DNA of 64,000 nucleotides from a virus: positions 9,003 to 73,002 of IMG/VR virus record IMGVR_UViG_3300032085_000337. One strand, given 5' to 3'. The position numbers and the translations under genes are program-made. Shown in pieces: positions 47,621 to 58,200 of this stretch. Below the pieces are notes generated by a model. It had not been told where the DNA came from. It searched no databases and saw only the letters and a list, made by a program, of their open reading frames with translations. Each line of letters opens with the position of its first letter. Position 1 is the stretch's first letter.

Positions 47621-48724
47621 ATGACTATTGAAGTAAATGAAGCCCTTGAAGCTATCAAGGCACAAGTCTCTGAGAAGTTTGAAGGTGTAGCTGTTAAGGC
47701 TGACCTTGAGGCACTCACAGAAACCAAAGCAGACGTAGCATCTGTGGTTGAATTGAAAGGCCACCTTGAAGCTCTTGAAGCCAAGTTCGACGCTATGCCT
47801 GCACCATCTATCCTTAAAGCAACCCAAGAAGAGGTTAAACTTATGAACTCAGTATCCGAAGGCTTTGCAAAGTCATTTGAAGCCACAGGCAAGAACCATC
47901 TTGATGTAGAGCTTAAGGCTATCACTCAGGGTCGTGACGTTACTGGTGGTAAAGTTGAAACATTCGGTCTCATTGGCTCAATGTTCAATGGCAACCCAAT
48001 TCGCTCACTTGCTTCTGTTATGAACACCACAAGCAAAGCCATTGACCTGCCAGTTCGTGCAGGCAACCACGGTGCTGCTAACGCTGGTGCAATTAAGAAC
48101 GTAGCTGACAACGGCAACGCAAGCGTGGGTGTTACACAGTTGATCGTCCAAACTTTCAACGCACGTTCAGATGTCACTATTGAAGCTGTCAACGACATTC
48201 CGGGATTTGACCAATTCTGGGCACAAGACATGCTTGCTGAAGTAGCCTCTATTGAAGCTGCTGAGCATGTTACTGAGCTTGCAACTATGGATGTTGGTAA
48301 AACAGCCGCATCAACATCTGTTATCACTTGGGACGAGATCGTTGATCTTTACTACTCAATTGAGCCAGCGGCTCGTGTTGGTGGTTCCTTCATGTTCTCA
48401 AGCGAAGTAATGGCGCAACTCCGTACACTTTCTAACAGTGGTACAGGTTCTGAGCTTATGTTCGACCCACAGCTTGGTGGCTTCCGTCTGTTCGGTGCTC
48501 CAGTGTACGAAAACGGCTACATGGCTGCGCCTGCTGCTAACGCTGTTACAGGTGCATTCGGTGACTGGAAGAAGGGCCTTGTGATTGCACAACGTGCTTC
48601 AGCGTCTCTTGGTCGCTACGACCAGACTGTTCCCGGTAAGTATGTCTATTACGCTGAAATGCGTTCAGGTATCTCTAACTGGGATAACTCAGCCCTGAAG
48701 ACACTTAAAATGGCTGCTGTTTAA
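47621..48724 (+). CDS. HK97-family major capsid protein with delta domain
   Basis: N-terminal coiled coil, RLFGAPV, FGDW; start re-called to ATG 47621. Confidence 0.9.
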   Translation: MTIEVNEALEAIKAQVSEKFEGVAVKADLEALTETKADVASVVELKGHLEALEAKFDAMPAPSILKATQEEVKLMNSVSEGFAKSFEATGKNHLDVELKAITQGRDVTGGKVETFGLIGSMFNGNPIRSLASVMNTTSKAIDLPVRAGNHGAANAGAIKNVADNGNASVGVTQLIVQTFNARSDVTIEAVNDIPGFDQFWAQDMLAEVASIEAAEHVTELATMDVGKTAASTSVITWDEIVDLYYSIEPAARVGGSFMFSSEVMAQLRTLSNSGTGSELMFDPQLGGFRLFGAPVYENGYMAAPAANAVTGAFGDWKKGLVIAQRASASLGRYDQTVPGKYVYYAEMRSGISNWDNSALKTLKMAAV

Positions 48725-48737
48725 ACCTTAACCTTGT

Positions 48738-48766
48738 TGGCCCCTGAGCACTACGCTTGGGGGTCA
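48738..48766 (+). terminator. Hairpin after capsid gene (twin of 50545-50573)
   Basis: GGCCCCTGAGC-loop-GCTTGGGGGTC; no U tract. Confidence 0.55.
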
Positions 48767-48789
48767 CCTCAACTGTAAGGAGAGAGCAT

Positions 48790-49335
48790 TTGACCTACCA
48801 AGTAACTATCCCAGCTACTGCATCACTTGTGCCTGTAGCTGATCTAAAGACCCACCTGCTGTTGTTCGGTGACACTTCCTATGACACTGAGCTACAAGAC
48901 ATCCTTCTTACTGCTGAGGGTTTTGTTTCTGACTTCCTAGGGGACTTTCTAGCTACCACAACAGTCAGGAAGAACATTGTAGCCTTTGGTGATATTGAGC
49001 TACCCCACAAATCACCCACTAACATTGTGGTGTCTTATTGGGACACAAGCAACACTGCACAAGTTTGGCCTTCAAGTAACTATGTGGTTGACACCTCTGA
49101 TGTTTACCCAGTTATTATCTTCAACACTAACCCTTCTGGGTTCTCGACAAAGTTCGCTAACAAAGGCTTTGTGACCTACGACACAGTGCTGGACCCAGTT
49201 ACAGCTAAGATTAAACACGCAGTGCTTCTTATTGCCGCTGAACTGTTTGAGAACCGCAACAACTCCTCAGAAAAGAAGATGGAGAAGGTTCAGCTTACAG
49301 CTATGAGACTGATGCAATCTCTGCGGGGGTGGTAG
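48790..49335 (+). CDS. Head-tail adaptor (HK97 gp6-like)
   Basis: LKTHL...D..D, IKHAVLL..AELFENR; TTG start after AAGGAG. Confidence 0.85.
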   Translation: MTYQVTIPATASLVPVADLKTHLLLFGDTSYDTELQDILLTAEGFVSDFLGDFLATTTVRKNIVAFGDIELPHKSPTNIVVSYWDTSNTAQVWPSSNYVVDTSDVYPVIIFNTNPSGFSTKFANKGFVTYDTVLDPVTAKIKHAVLLIAAELFENRNNSSEKKMEKVQLTAMRLMQSLRGW

Positions 49336-49336
49336 T

Positions 49337-49669
49337 ATGCTAACATTCCCAAAGAAGGCTGAGTTCTACACAAAGTCCGACACTTACAATGATTATGGGG
49401 AACCAATAGCATCAGGGGCGCTTTCGTTCACTACAGGTGTTCGCATGACCACTTTATCGTTTAAGGATATGGTTAAGGCCACTGGAACTATAGACACCAG
49501 TCAGTTCTTTGTGTTCACTCGAAAGAACCCTAACACCCTAGCTGTTGTGGTTGGGGACTTCATTAAGGTTGATGGTCAGTCTTTTGAGGTTATAGGTATT
49601 GACCCTATTTATGGCAAACGCTCAGACATTACGTTCCTTGTGGACCTAATTGAAGACCCTGTGGTTTAA
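49337..49669 (+). CDS. Head closure protein
   Basis: NDYGEP, D.IKVDG.SFEV..ID; position. Confidence 0.75.
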   Translation: MLTFPKKAEFYTKSDTYNDYGEPIASGALSFTTGVRMTTLSFKDMVKATGTIDTSQFFVFTRKNPNTLAVVVGDFIKVDGQSFEVIGIDPIYGKRSDITFLVDLIEDPVV

Positions 49670-49678
49670 GGAGGTAAC

Positions 49679-50047
49679 ATGCAACTAACTAAAGACTTCG
49701 CAGCTAAACTAGCGACAGCTACCTCTCCAACACGGGCCTTCCCAGCTATCTCTAAGTCCACTGACCTACCTGCTGTAGTCTACTCTGGCAGGGGTGGTAT
49801 TCGTGAGGCATTTTATAGTGGCTCTTACGGACTGCGTGAGACACGCTTTCAGGTTGATGTTTACGCTAAGACCTACACTGAGGTATCAACCCTAAAGGAC
49901 AGCATCCTAGCGGCCTTTCACGGCTTCTCAGGGGCTATGGGTTCCTCTACTGTAAGCAGGTCAACTGTAGACAACACCTTAGAAACATTTGATGATAGTG
50001 GTGAGAAGATTTACCGCATAATCATTGAGATCACTTTACTTGACTAA
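49679..50047 (+). CDS. Tail terminator protein
   Basis: LPAVVY, RFQVDVYAKTY. Confidence 0.8.
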   Translation: MQLTKDFAAKLATATSPTRAFPAISKSTDLPAVVYSGRGGIREAFYSGSYGLRETRFQVDVYAKTYTEVSTLKDSILAAFHGFSGAMGSSTVSRSTVDNTLETFDDSGEKIYRIIIEITLLD

Positions 50048-50071
50048 CAACCTCCCTAGAAAGGAAACACT

Positions 50072-50539
50072 ATGGCTTCTGTAACAGGTCGTGCCGCAGG
50101 CTTTATCGCCACACTTTACTACTCAGCTACTGTTGATACTGGTAAAACTATCCTATCAATGGCCACAACAGCCGCATCTGGCAATGAGGTTCTTGATGTA
50201 GCTGACATTGGTTCGCTCAATAAGACCCGCACAGTCATTGACATCCCTGTTTATGGTGATGATGTTAAGGGTAAGCTACCGGGCCAAGCAGACCCCGGCT
50301 CCTTTGACTTCAATGTTACCCTAAACCTTGATGACGCTATCCACACTGCTCTGCGTGATGATGATGGTTTGACTATCCACACCTTTGTGATTAAGTTTAC
50401 ACAGGGTGCTAACATCACTTATGCAGTCTTTGATGGTTATGTTGGTGATGCAACAGTCTCACAGCCTATTGATGACCGTATCCAGATGGATGTGTCAGTA
50501 GCTCGTGCTGGTGCTATCACATGGCTTGACGCAGCCTAA
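50072..50539 (+). CDS. Major tail tube protein
   Basis: LPGQADPGSFDF, FDGYV; position before chaperones. Confidence 0.8.
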   Translation: MASVTGRAAGFIATLYYSATVDTGKTILSMATTAASGNEVLDVADIGSLNKTRTVIDIPVYGDDVKGKLPGQADPGSFDFNVTLNLDDAIHTALRDDDGLTIHTFVIKFTQGANITYAVFDGYVGDATVSQPIDDRIQMDVSVARAGAITWLDAA

Positions 50540-50544
50540 TCAAT

Positions 50545-50573
50545 CGGCCCCTGAGCATTGTGCTTGGGGGTCG
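50545..50573 (+). terminator. Hairpin after tail tube gene
   Basis: GGCCCCTGAGCA-TTG-TGCTTGGGGGTC then CCTTATTT. Confidence 0.6.
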
Positions 50574-50596
50574 CCTTATTTAATGAAAGAGATAGA

Positions 50597-50848
50597 ATGA
50601 CAAAACCAAAAACCTTGATTGATGACGCACTGCTACAGGCTATGTTGGACCAATCACAATTTGCAGCCCCGCAAGAAGAGGAGTTCTGGTACAGCCGAGG
50701 GATGCAAAAGAGATATGTGTTCGAGATTGGCGCTAAGTTGCTAGTGTCTGAGGAGATGACACCACTAGAGGCCATTGAGATGGCTCAGGAATACGTTGAC
50801 ACATTCTATGAAACAACAATGTCACCCCAAGGGTGGAAGAAGGATTAA
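50597..50848 (+). CDS. Hypothetical protein inserted in the tail operon
   Basis: Start re-called to ATG 50597 downstream of the hairpin. Confidence 0.6.
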   Translation: MTKPKTLIDDALLQAMLDQSQFAAPQEEEFWYSRGMQKRYVFEIGAKLLVSEEMTPLEAIEMAQEYVDTFYETTMSPQGWKKD

Positions 50849-50853
50849 ACTAA

Positions 50854-51165
50854 ATGGCTAAACTAGGTAAAGTGAAAAGCAGCAAACCACTTAGTATTGG
50901 GATTGATGGTGTCTTCATTAAGAATATGCCAGCCAAACGGATGCAAGACTTGTTCGGCAATATTGATGAGCGCCTAAAGTCAGAGCCTGAAGGTGTTGTA
51001 GTTGAGCTTTTCAATGAGCTAATCTGTGACGACAGTGGGGATGTGTTCGAGGATGTAGCTACTTATGAAGCTATCCTTGATGTTCTTTCTATCAAAGATA
51101 TTCGTGACATCATGAAAGCAATTGCTGAAACAATGAACCCGAGTGCTAAAGACTTGGGAAAGTAA
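50854..51165 (+). CDS. Tail assembly chaperone G
   Basis: Ends ...LGK with slippery GGGAAAG at 51156-51162. Confidence 0.85.
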   Translation: MAKLGKVKSSKPLSIGIDGVFIKNMPAKRMQDLFGNIDERLKSEPEGVVVELFNELICDDSGDVFEDVATYEAILDVLSIKDIRDIMKAIAETMNPSAKDLGK

Positions 51166-51560
51166 AGACACAGTGGTTATCTCAAGTTAGAACCTTTATG
51201 CTTGCCAATGGTTCTAGCTTGTCCACTGTGGATGCTCTTCCACTAGGAGACGCTAAGGCCCTCTATGTCACTCTACAGGGTGGCCTGTGGGGGCCTTATG
51301 GTGAGGCACACAAGACTTATGCACTGTACTGCTCCCAACACCTTCAGAAAGAGGTTGCTGTGGCTGTAGCTCAAGGTAAGAAGTACAAGCCTACGCAGCC
51401 TTTGGACTTCCACGAGATGTTCCCAGTCTATGATGACTTCCACTCTCTCGGACAGGGTAAGTTGAGACGAAAGCAAGCCAAGAGAGACAGTGTGGCGTTG
51501 AAGGCCCTTTCTGTACTACCAGCAGAGGGCGCACCAAAGTGGCTGAAGGAGCTAACGTAA
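51156..51560 (+). CDS. Tail assembly chaperone T portion (G-T fusion by -1 frameshift)
   Basis: -1 frame is open from the slippery site (GKVKTQWLSQVRTFMLANG...) to 51560. Confidence 0.8.
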   Translation, partial: GKVKTQWLSQVRTFMLANGSSLSTVDALPLGDAKALYVTLQGGLWGPYGEAHKTYALYCSQHLQKEVAVAVAQGKKYKPTQPLDFHEMFPVYDDFHSLGQGKLRRKQAKRDSVALKALSVLPAEGAPKWLKELT

Positions 51561-52033
51561 TGTCTACAAAGGAAATTGAGGTAAAGGGACTAAGGGAGCT
51601 TGAAAAGGCTCTCTTGGCACTACAGAAGGAATACGGTGGCAAGGCTGGAGCACAGGCTATGCGGCCTGCTGTAACTGCTGCCATTAAGCCACTAAAGCAA
51701 CAGGTCATTCAAGACACACCTGTTGATAGTGGGGCTTTGCAGGCATCTATTAAACAAACTGTTGGTGCAGTGACTAAGGACATGTTGTCCCACTCCAGAA
51801 ACCACTACAACAACACAACCGTAATTGCAGGTCGTGTTGGTTACTTTGGAAACAAAGTCTACAAGAGGGCTATTTCTGTTGAGTATGGCACAATAGATAT
51901 CGCAGCACAGCACAATCTAGAGAACGTATTCGACCGTGAAGCCAAGGGAATGGCTACAAGGTTTGGAAGTAAACTTGGGCCAGCTATCGAAAAGAAAGCT
52001 AAAGCTCTTCACAATAAACAAATGAAAGGCTAA
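51560..52033 (+). CDS. HK97 gp10-like tail completion protein
   Basis: V.GL.EL...L, PVDSG.L..SI, VEYGT. Confidence 0.8.
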   Translation: MSTKEIEVKGLRELEKALLALQKEYGGKAGAQAMRPAVTAAIKPLKQQVIQDTPVDSGALQASIKQTVGAVTKDMLSHSRNHYNNTTVIAGRVGYFGNKVYKRAISVEYGTIDIAAQHNLENVFDREAKGMATRFGSKLGPAIEKKAKALHNKQMKG

Positions 52034-52037
52034 GTTT

Positions 52038-53978
52038 ATGGCAACGATAGCAAACCTATCAATTGGCCTCAGTGCCGACAGTGCAAAGCTCAAGAAAGAT
52101 TTAGATAAGGCTAGTAAGCAGTCTAAGCAATGGGCTAACAAGCAGAAGAAGCAGTTTAAGGGTGTAGCTGACTCAGTTAAGCTTATTGGTGCAGCAGTTG
52201 CAGGCATAAGCTTTGCTCAGTTTATCAGGGGGTCTATCCAGGTTTCCAAAGAGCTTAAGAACATGTCTAATCTTACTGGCGTTAGCTCCAGTGAGTTGCA
52301 ACGTGTAACACCGTCCTTGGAGAGAGCAGGTCTTTCACTAGAGAAGTATGCTGACATCATTAAGGATGTTAACGACAAAACTCACGACTTCCTCCAGACT
52401 GGTGGTGGTCCTATGAAGGACTTCTTTGAGACCATTGCCCCCAAGATTGGTATTACGGCAGATGCTTTTAAGGGGTTGTCTGGTAAGGATGCCCTACAGC
52501 TTTATATCTCCTCACTAGAGAAAGCTGGTCTGTCAACAGAGCAAATGACTTTCTATATGGAAGCTTTGGCTTCTGACAGCACTATGTTGCTACCACTACT
52601 TAGGAACAACGCAGCAGGGATGGAAGAGTTTGCCCTTGCAGCAAACCAAGTGCTAAACCCTGAGACATCGCAATCTTTGATTAACATTGGCACTTCCTTT
52701 AGCACCCTTGGTAAGATCATTACCAACATGACGCTTAACGCCATTCAACCACTACTATCATTCATTGAGAAGGTGCTGGATGGTTGGAGGCAGATGATCA
52801 CTGATATGCCAGAGCTTGTCTACGGTATTGAGGCTATCGCAGCCGCTGTTGTTGGCTTAACCTTAGCTATGTTTGCTAACCCAATAACTTTGTGGATTGC
52901 TGCTATTTCAGCTTTGGTGGTTGGCGCCGGTTGGCTCTACTACAAATTCAAAGATGTTGCTGAGGCCGTAGGCGGGGCGGGCGAGTTGTTTACGCTCATG
53001 GCTGATAGCGCCAAGTTCGAGATTGACCGTGTTATAGCATTTGGTGAGAAGCTTAAGCTAAAGATGCAGATGGTCTTCTTGCGTATTAAAGACGCTTGGA
53101 CTGAGATGCTCAACACTATGCGCATGTCTTTTGCTAAGATGCTAGACAGCCTAGCTGAAGGCCCAATGGGTTCTTTGTTTGGCATGGAAGGTGGCAATGA
53201 AGCTGCCGCTGGTGCAGCAAACAGTGCCGCCACAAATGCTAATATGGAGCAGTTCATTAAGCTTGGTTCTGCTCTCAAAGCAAACTCTGAGGCCCTTAAC
53301 GCAGTCAACCCGCACCTCAAGAAGATGAAAGAGGCTTGGGCTGGTGGCGAGCCTATGAAGGTTGAGGTGGAAAACCCACCCGGCGCAGACCTTACAAAAG
53401 GCGGAGACCTTGGCGCAGGTGCTGCTGGTGGTAGCAAGAAAACAGTTGACCCCAACTCCCCAGAAGGCTTGGCTAAACAGTTCGTTGAGACACTGAAAAG
53501 CAGCTTCTCTAATGCTCTGGCTACTGGTGACTGGAAGAGCTTTCTTGATACTGCTCTAGACACTTTGACTATGAGCATAATAACGTCCTTCACAGAGGGA
53601 ATGTTTAAGCCTTTTGAAGACGCTCTTGGCAGTATGGTATCAGGCATGTTTAGTGGGGCAGGTGGCTTAGGTGGTGGAATAGGTAGCTTCGTTGGCTCTA
53701 TCTTTGGTTTTGCAGAAGGTGGCATTGTGCCTACCACATCAACCTCAAAGTCTTATGCTGACAGTGTACCTGCGATGCTTCAACCCGGTGAGCTTGTGGT
53801 CCCCAAGGACCAAGTTGACAACTTTATGAATGGTGCTGTTGGTGGTGGTGGTGGTGGTACTTACAACCTCAACATCACAGGTGACGTAACAAGACAGACA
53901 CGTACACAAGTCTTGTCTATGATGGACGACATTGCTAATGGCGTAAACCGTCAAAACAAAGAAAGAGGCTCCCGTTAA
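52038..53978 (+). CDS. Tape measure protein (short, 646 aa)
   Basis: IANLSIGLSAD N-terminus, TM region, FAEGG...DSVPAML.PGE.V. Confidence 0.9.
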   Translation: MATIANLSIGLSADSAKLKKDLDKASKQSKQWANKQKKQFKGVADSVKLIGAAVAGISFAQFIRGSIQVSKELKNMSNLTGVSSSELQRVTPSLERAGLSLEKYADIIKDVNDKTHDFLQTGGGPMKDFFETIAPKIGITADAFKGLSGKDALQLYISSLEKAGLSTEQMTFYMEALASDSTMLLPLLRNNAAGMEEFALAANQVLNPETSQSLINIGTSFSTLGKIITNMTLNAIQPLLSFIEKVLDGWRQMITDMPELVYGIEAIAAAVVGLTLAMFANPITLWIAAISALVVGAGWLYYKFKDVAEAVGGAGELFTLMADSAKFEIDRVIAFGEKLKLKMQMVFLRIKDAWTEMLNTMRMSFAKMLDSLAEGPMGSLFGMEGGNEAAAGAANSAATNANMEQFIKLGSALKANSEALNAVNPHLKKMKEAWAGGEPMKVEVENPPGADLTKGGDLGAGAAGGSKKTVDPNSPEGLAKQFVETLKSSFSNALATGDWKSFLDTALDTLTMSIITSFTEGMFKPFEDALGSMVSGMFSGAGGLGGGIGSFVGSIFGFAEGGIVPTTSTSKSYADSVPAMLQPGELVVPKDQVDNFMNGAVGGGGGGTYNLNITGDVTRQTRTQVLSMMDDIANGVNRQNKERGSR

Positions 53979-53990
53979 TTCGGGGGTCTT
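53965..53990 (+). terminator. Hairpin at end of tape measure gene
   Basis: GAGGCTCCCG-TTAATT-CGGGGGTCTT. Confidence 0.45.
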
Positions 53991-54014
53991 CCCCATTTTA
54001 ACAAAGGATAAGAG

Positions 54015-54626
54015 ATGGCTTACACTTGGAGCGGACAACGTATTACAGCCCCTATTACAATATCAAGCAACCAACCTGAGTTTGTCACAGAGACTGCCAA
54101 CCTTAAGAGGCTTGTAACTTCACAAGATGCCCAACGGTGGGAGCTTACGTTTGGACTAGAACCAACTACAGACGCTGGTGGACTATTTGTAGCTATGACC
54201 TCCGCAGCGCAAGGTGTGCGCACAATGGTCGTGCCACAGATTTATAAGTCTGGGTCAGTAAACGAATGTGCTACTACAGCAACAGTTGATGCTATCGCAG
54301 CCGCTGGTGCTAGTTCTGTAACAGTTAGCCTTGGCACAGGTGATATTGGTAAAGTAATCTACAAAGGTACTTTCATTAAGTTTGCAGGACACACTAAGGT
54401 TTATATGGTTACAGCAGACGCTACAGCCGTAGACAACACCACAGAGGCACTGGCTACCCTATCGGTTTACCCTGAGCTTAGGGCTGGTGTAGTTGTGTCT
54501 GAGGTTGTTTCTTATTTAGATGATGTTGACCTTTCTTATTGGCTAGGTGAGCAACTGCGTGGCATAAGTTATGCCGATGGCATTGTAGCCTCAGTGGGTA
54601 GTGTTGCTGTTCTGGAGGCTATCTGA
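54015..54626 (+). CDS. Distal tail-like protein
   Basis: AQRWELTF, IKF.GH.KVY; first gene after TMP. Confidence 0.65.
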   Translation: MAYTWSGQRITAPITISSNQPEFVTETANLKRLVTSQDAQRWELTFGLEPTTDAGGLFVAMTSAAQGVRTMVVPQIYKSGSVNECATTATVDAIAAAGASSVTVSLGTGDIGKVIYKGTFIKFAGHTKVYMVTADATAVDNTTEALATLSVYPELRAGVVVSEVVSYLDDVDLSYWLGEQLRGISYADGIVASVGSVAVLEAI

Positions 54627-55189
54627 TGAGAGGGCTTTCTGCTACATCTTTAGCTATACTAGGTGAGGATAGGCTTAAGGCTTTCCTTATGGTTAAGTTG
54701 GACTTCCCCTCAGTGTCGTATTACTTCACAGACTATGGGCGTGATATTGACTTTGGGGGTAACACATATTCATCTGGCAGTGGCGTGATGGATTTTGAGC
54801 CACCAAGGTTGTCCTCTACAGTTGACAGAGAAGCTTATCGCCTAAGTATCTCTGACCACAACAACACCTTCCAGAACCTTTTTAGGCTTGGTGCAACAGG
54901 GTCTGATGTTACAATCTACCTTGTGCTAGTTGGCTCAGGTGGTCCTGAGTTGGGTGCGGATGATGTTATAGTGGCCTATAAAGGTCGCATTGATGAGACA
55001 ACTATTGAGGTAACACCAGAGGATAAGGTTGCTGTTATTACGCTTTCCTCCCCCATGGCCAACCTAGACCAAGTAAAAACCTTTTGGACAACTAAATCTG
55101 GAATGGATCAGTATTCAGCTACAGATACGTCCTTTGATAACATCTACGAGGACAACAAAGAGATTACCCTTAAGTGGGGTAAAGTATAA
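54626..55189 (+). CDS. Minor tail / hub protein
   Basis: DI.FGGNTY, YKGRID, terminal LKWG. Confidence 0.7.
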   Translation: MRGLSATSLAILGEDRLKAFLMVKLDFPSVSYYFTDYGRDIDFGGNTYSSGSGVMDFEPPRLSSTVDREAYRLSISDHNNTFQNLFRLGATGSDVTIYLVLVGSGGPELGADDVIVAYKGRIDETTIEVTPEDKVAVITLSSPMANLDQVKTFWTTKSGMDQYSATDTSFDNIYEDNKEITLKWGKV

Positions 55190-55207
55190 CACTGAGAGGT
55201 AATCAGA

Positions 55208-58200
55208 ATGATCTTTAACTTTATCATCCAAGCTATTATTACTGTAGCTTCTATGGCTTATCAACGTAAGCAACAGAAGAAGCAAAAAGAAGCTATGGAC
55301 AAGATGAAGGGCGTAGAGCTAACCCTTGAGGGTCAGGCTAGGTCACTGCCTGTTGTCTATGGCTACCAAAGTGTCGGTGGCGTAAGGTTGGACCCAAGGA
55401 CAGCTAATTCCTTCACATATGCTGCACCAGATGCCCTTGGGTCTTCTTTGCAGCAAGGGATGGGTGCTAGTCTCACTGGCAAGAAGAACGAGTTCTTGTT
55501 CCAACAAACTGCATTCTGCCACGGTCCGATTAGTGGCTTTGTGGATGTAACTGTTGACGACCTTAATTATAACTACGACAAGTTCAGTCATGGTCAAACA
55601 CTACACTTGTACCCCACTGGCTCTGTGGCTGACCCTATGGCCACAGCTAACGGATTTGCAAATACACGCACATTCACTAACACAGCCTACATATCAGGGG
55701 CCTACAGGATCAACAGGGACGAGCCACAATACAATGGCACACCCTCCCTTCTAGCATTCGTCAAAGGTAGGACCATTAAGACTATCGTAGATGGTGGGGG
55801 TGGGTCTTATAGCGTGTCCGCTTCTGAGTCATTTAGCAACAACCCTGCTTACTGCCTATTGGACTACTTAACTAACAACAACTATGGGGCCTCTGTGGCC
55901 CTCTCTGAGATTGACCTAGAGAGCTTCTATGAGGTTGCTAAGGTTTGCGATGTTGTGGTTGAGAGCGGTAAGCAGTACACTGGTAAGGTGCATGGAGGAG
56001 ACAGCACAGGTGACGTTAAGCGTTACTACTGCGACATTGTGATAGACACAGAGCAAGCTATCAGGGACAATGTTGAGCTTATCCTTAACACTATGGGTGA
56101 CGCACAGCTTGTCTGGAATGGCACTTATTACCTACGCCACCCTGCCACAGAAAACTCAGGGTCGCTAACCTATCCAGTTGATGCTACACTTACAGATGAA
56201 GACATCGTAAGAGACACTTTCAACATAGCTTTTGCTACATCTAACCAAAGGCTAAACCAAGTCACAGTAACCTTCCGTAATGCGTTTGAGGACTTTGAAA
56301 CCGACAGTTACACTTGGCCTGATGTGGGTAGCTTAGAATATGTGACCTACCTCTCAGAAGACAGTAACATGCCACTAGTGCAGCAGGTTACACTAGATGG
56401 TGTCACTATGCCCTACCATGCACAAGAGTACGCTCAGGAGCTTGTGAAGACCTCTCGTGATGGTGTCTTCTATGAGTTTGTGGTCGGTCGTGTTGGCGTT
56501 AAGTTAGAACCCAATGATATAATATCAGTGGACTACCCTGATGCTGGTGTTAATGGTGATATTGTTGTAGTTAAGGAAGTTCAAACCCTGCCCAATCTAG
56601 GGGCTAAAGTTGTGGTTGAGAAGTTCGATAGCTCCCTGAGAGCATGGTCAACTAAAGCTAATGCACCTGTTAGGGTCTATCCTACCTATGACTTTACTGT
56701 GCCACCAGCCTCCAGCCTACTCTACACACAAGGGTCTGACCCTTCAGACAAGCGTTCACTTGGACGCCTTGACTGGACAGAGGCTGACTACGACAATGAA
56801 ACTTACGTTGTTGATTACCTAGAGGGTGCTTTGTGGGTGCGTCTTGGTGAAACAAGACAAAACCACCTGTTGCTCTACAAGGTTCCTGAGTGGTCTGATG
56901 GTGAAACTGTAGACTTTAGGGTTAGAACCAGAAGTAATCTTGGGGACTTATCCACAGCTATAACAACATCTGGTGTAGTTAAGGTTAAGCCTGAGACCCC
57001 TACAGCCCTATCTGTTTCAGAGGAAATCTACAACACCAACACAGCTTCAGGTATCCGTACAAGAGCTAGTGTTAGTTGGACACCGGGAACTAATGGGGTG
57101 GCAGTAGATCACTACAGGGTTGAGGGTTACAATAGTGCTGATGGTCTGCCTTACATTAACTTTGGAACAACCTCTGAGAGCTTACTGCCTATCGCTGATA
57201 TTAGTGACGGCCTTTGGAACTTCAAGGTGACTGCTGTGTCAGTCAATGGTGAGGAAAGTGCACCCCTGACAGACACCTACACTGTCTTGGGCCTCAACGC
57301 CACTCCTGCTGACCCAACAGGGTTTTCAGGCGCAGTAGACTATGGTGGCATCATTCTAACATGGAATGAGCCTACGGACCTAGATGTTCTGTCTGGTGGC
57401 TACGCTGAGATAAGGTACTCACGCTCCATTGATGCACTGCCAGTTTGGGAGCTATCTACATCTATCTTGGGGAGGGTCTCTGGGTCTACCACATCGGCAA
57501 CCGTCCCTGTTGCTCAGGGTTACTATCTGATTAAGTTCTTTGATAGCTCAGGTAACGAGAGTGATAATGCTGCAACCTTTAGGTCTGCCTTTGTTGGTCC
57601 AACATTCAACTTTATTGATGAGTTTGATGAGGCCCCTACCTTTCTGGGGTCCAAAACAAACTGCTCTGTTGTCGGTAGCAACCTTGAGCTTAATTCGGGT
57701 CAAACTACATTTGAGTATGTCTTTGACAATATCTTAGATTTGGGTGTGATAACTGACATTAGGGTTAAACCTGACTATGCGGCCTTTGTGACAGACCCAA
57801 CTGTTCTGGTGTCTGACTACAACCCAGTGTCAGGGGTAGCTAGGTTCTCAGGGCCTTATGTTGATAGCTCAATCTTGTTTGAAGCAAGGATAACAGACGA
57901 TGACCCAAATGGAACCCCAACATGGTCTACATGGGAACCACTGGTTGTAGGTGCTTATCAGACAAGGGGTATCCAAGTGAAGGCTACAGGTATTGTCGCT
58001 AATACTGCCCACACTATGGAGATCAGTTCACTATCTCTTGAGGCTGATAAAGATGACCTTATTCAGTCAGGCACTTCAACGTCCTCAGTTTCATCCGATG
58101 TTACTGTTACTTTTGCTAATAGTTTCTATCCGGGTGTTGGTGGTCTATCTAAACCCTCTGTGAATATCAACGTAATCTCAGGTGCTAACTCTGAAACTGT

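Noticed and set aside
52940-53737. Long antisense ORFs (also 18068-18778, 8131-8748, 30269-30805, 40104-40643)
   Set aside because: Shadows of well-supported genes on the opposite strand; no motifs or RBS.
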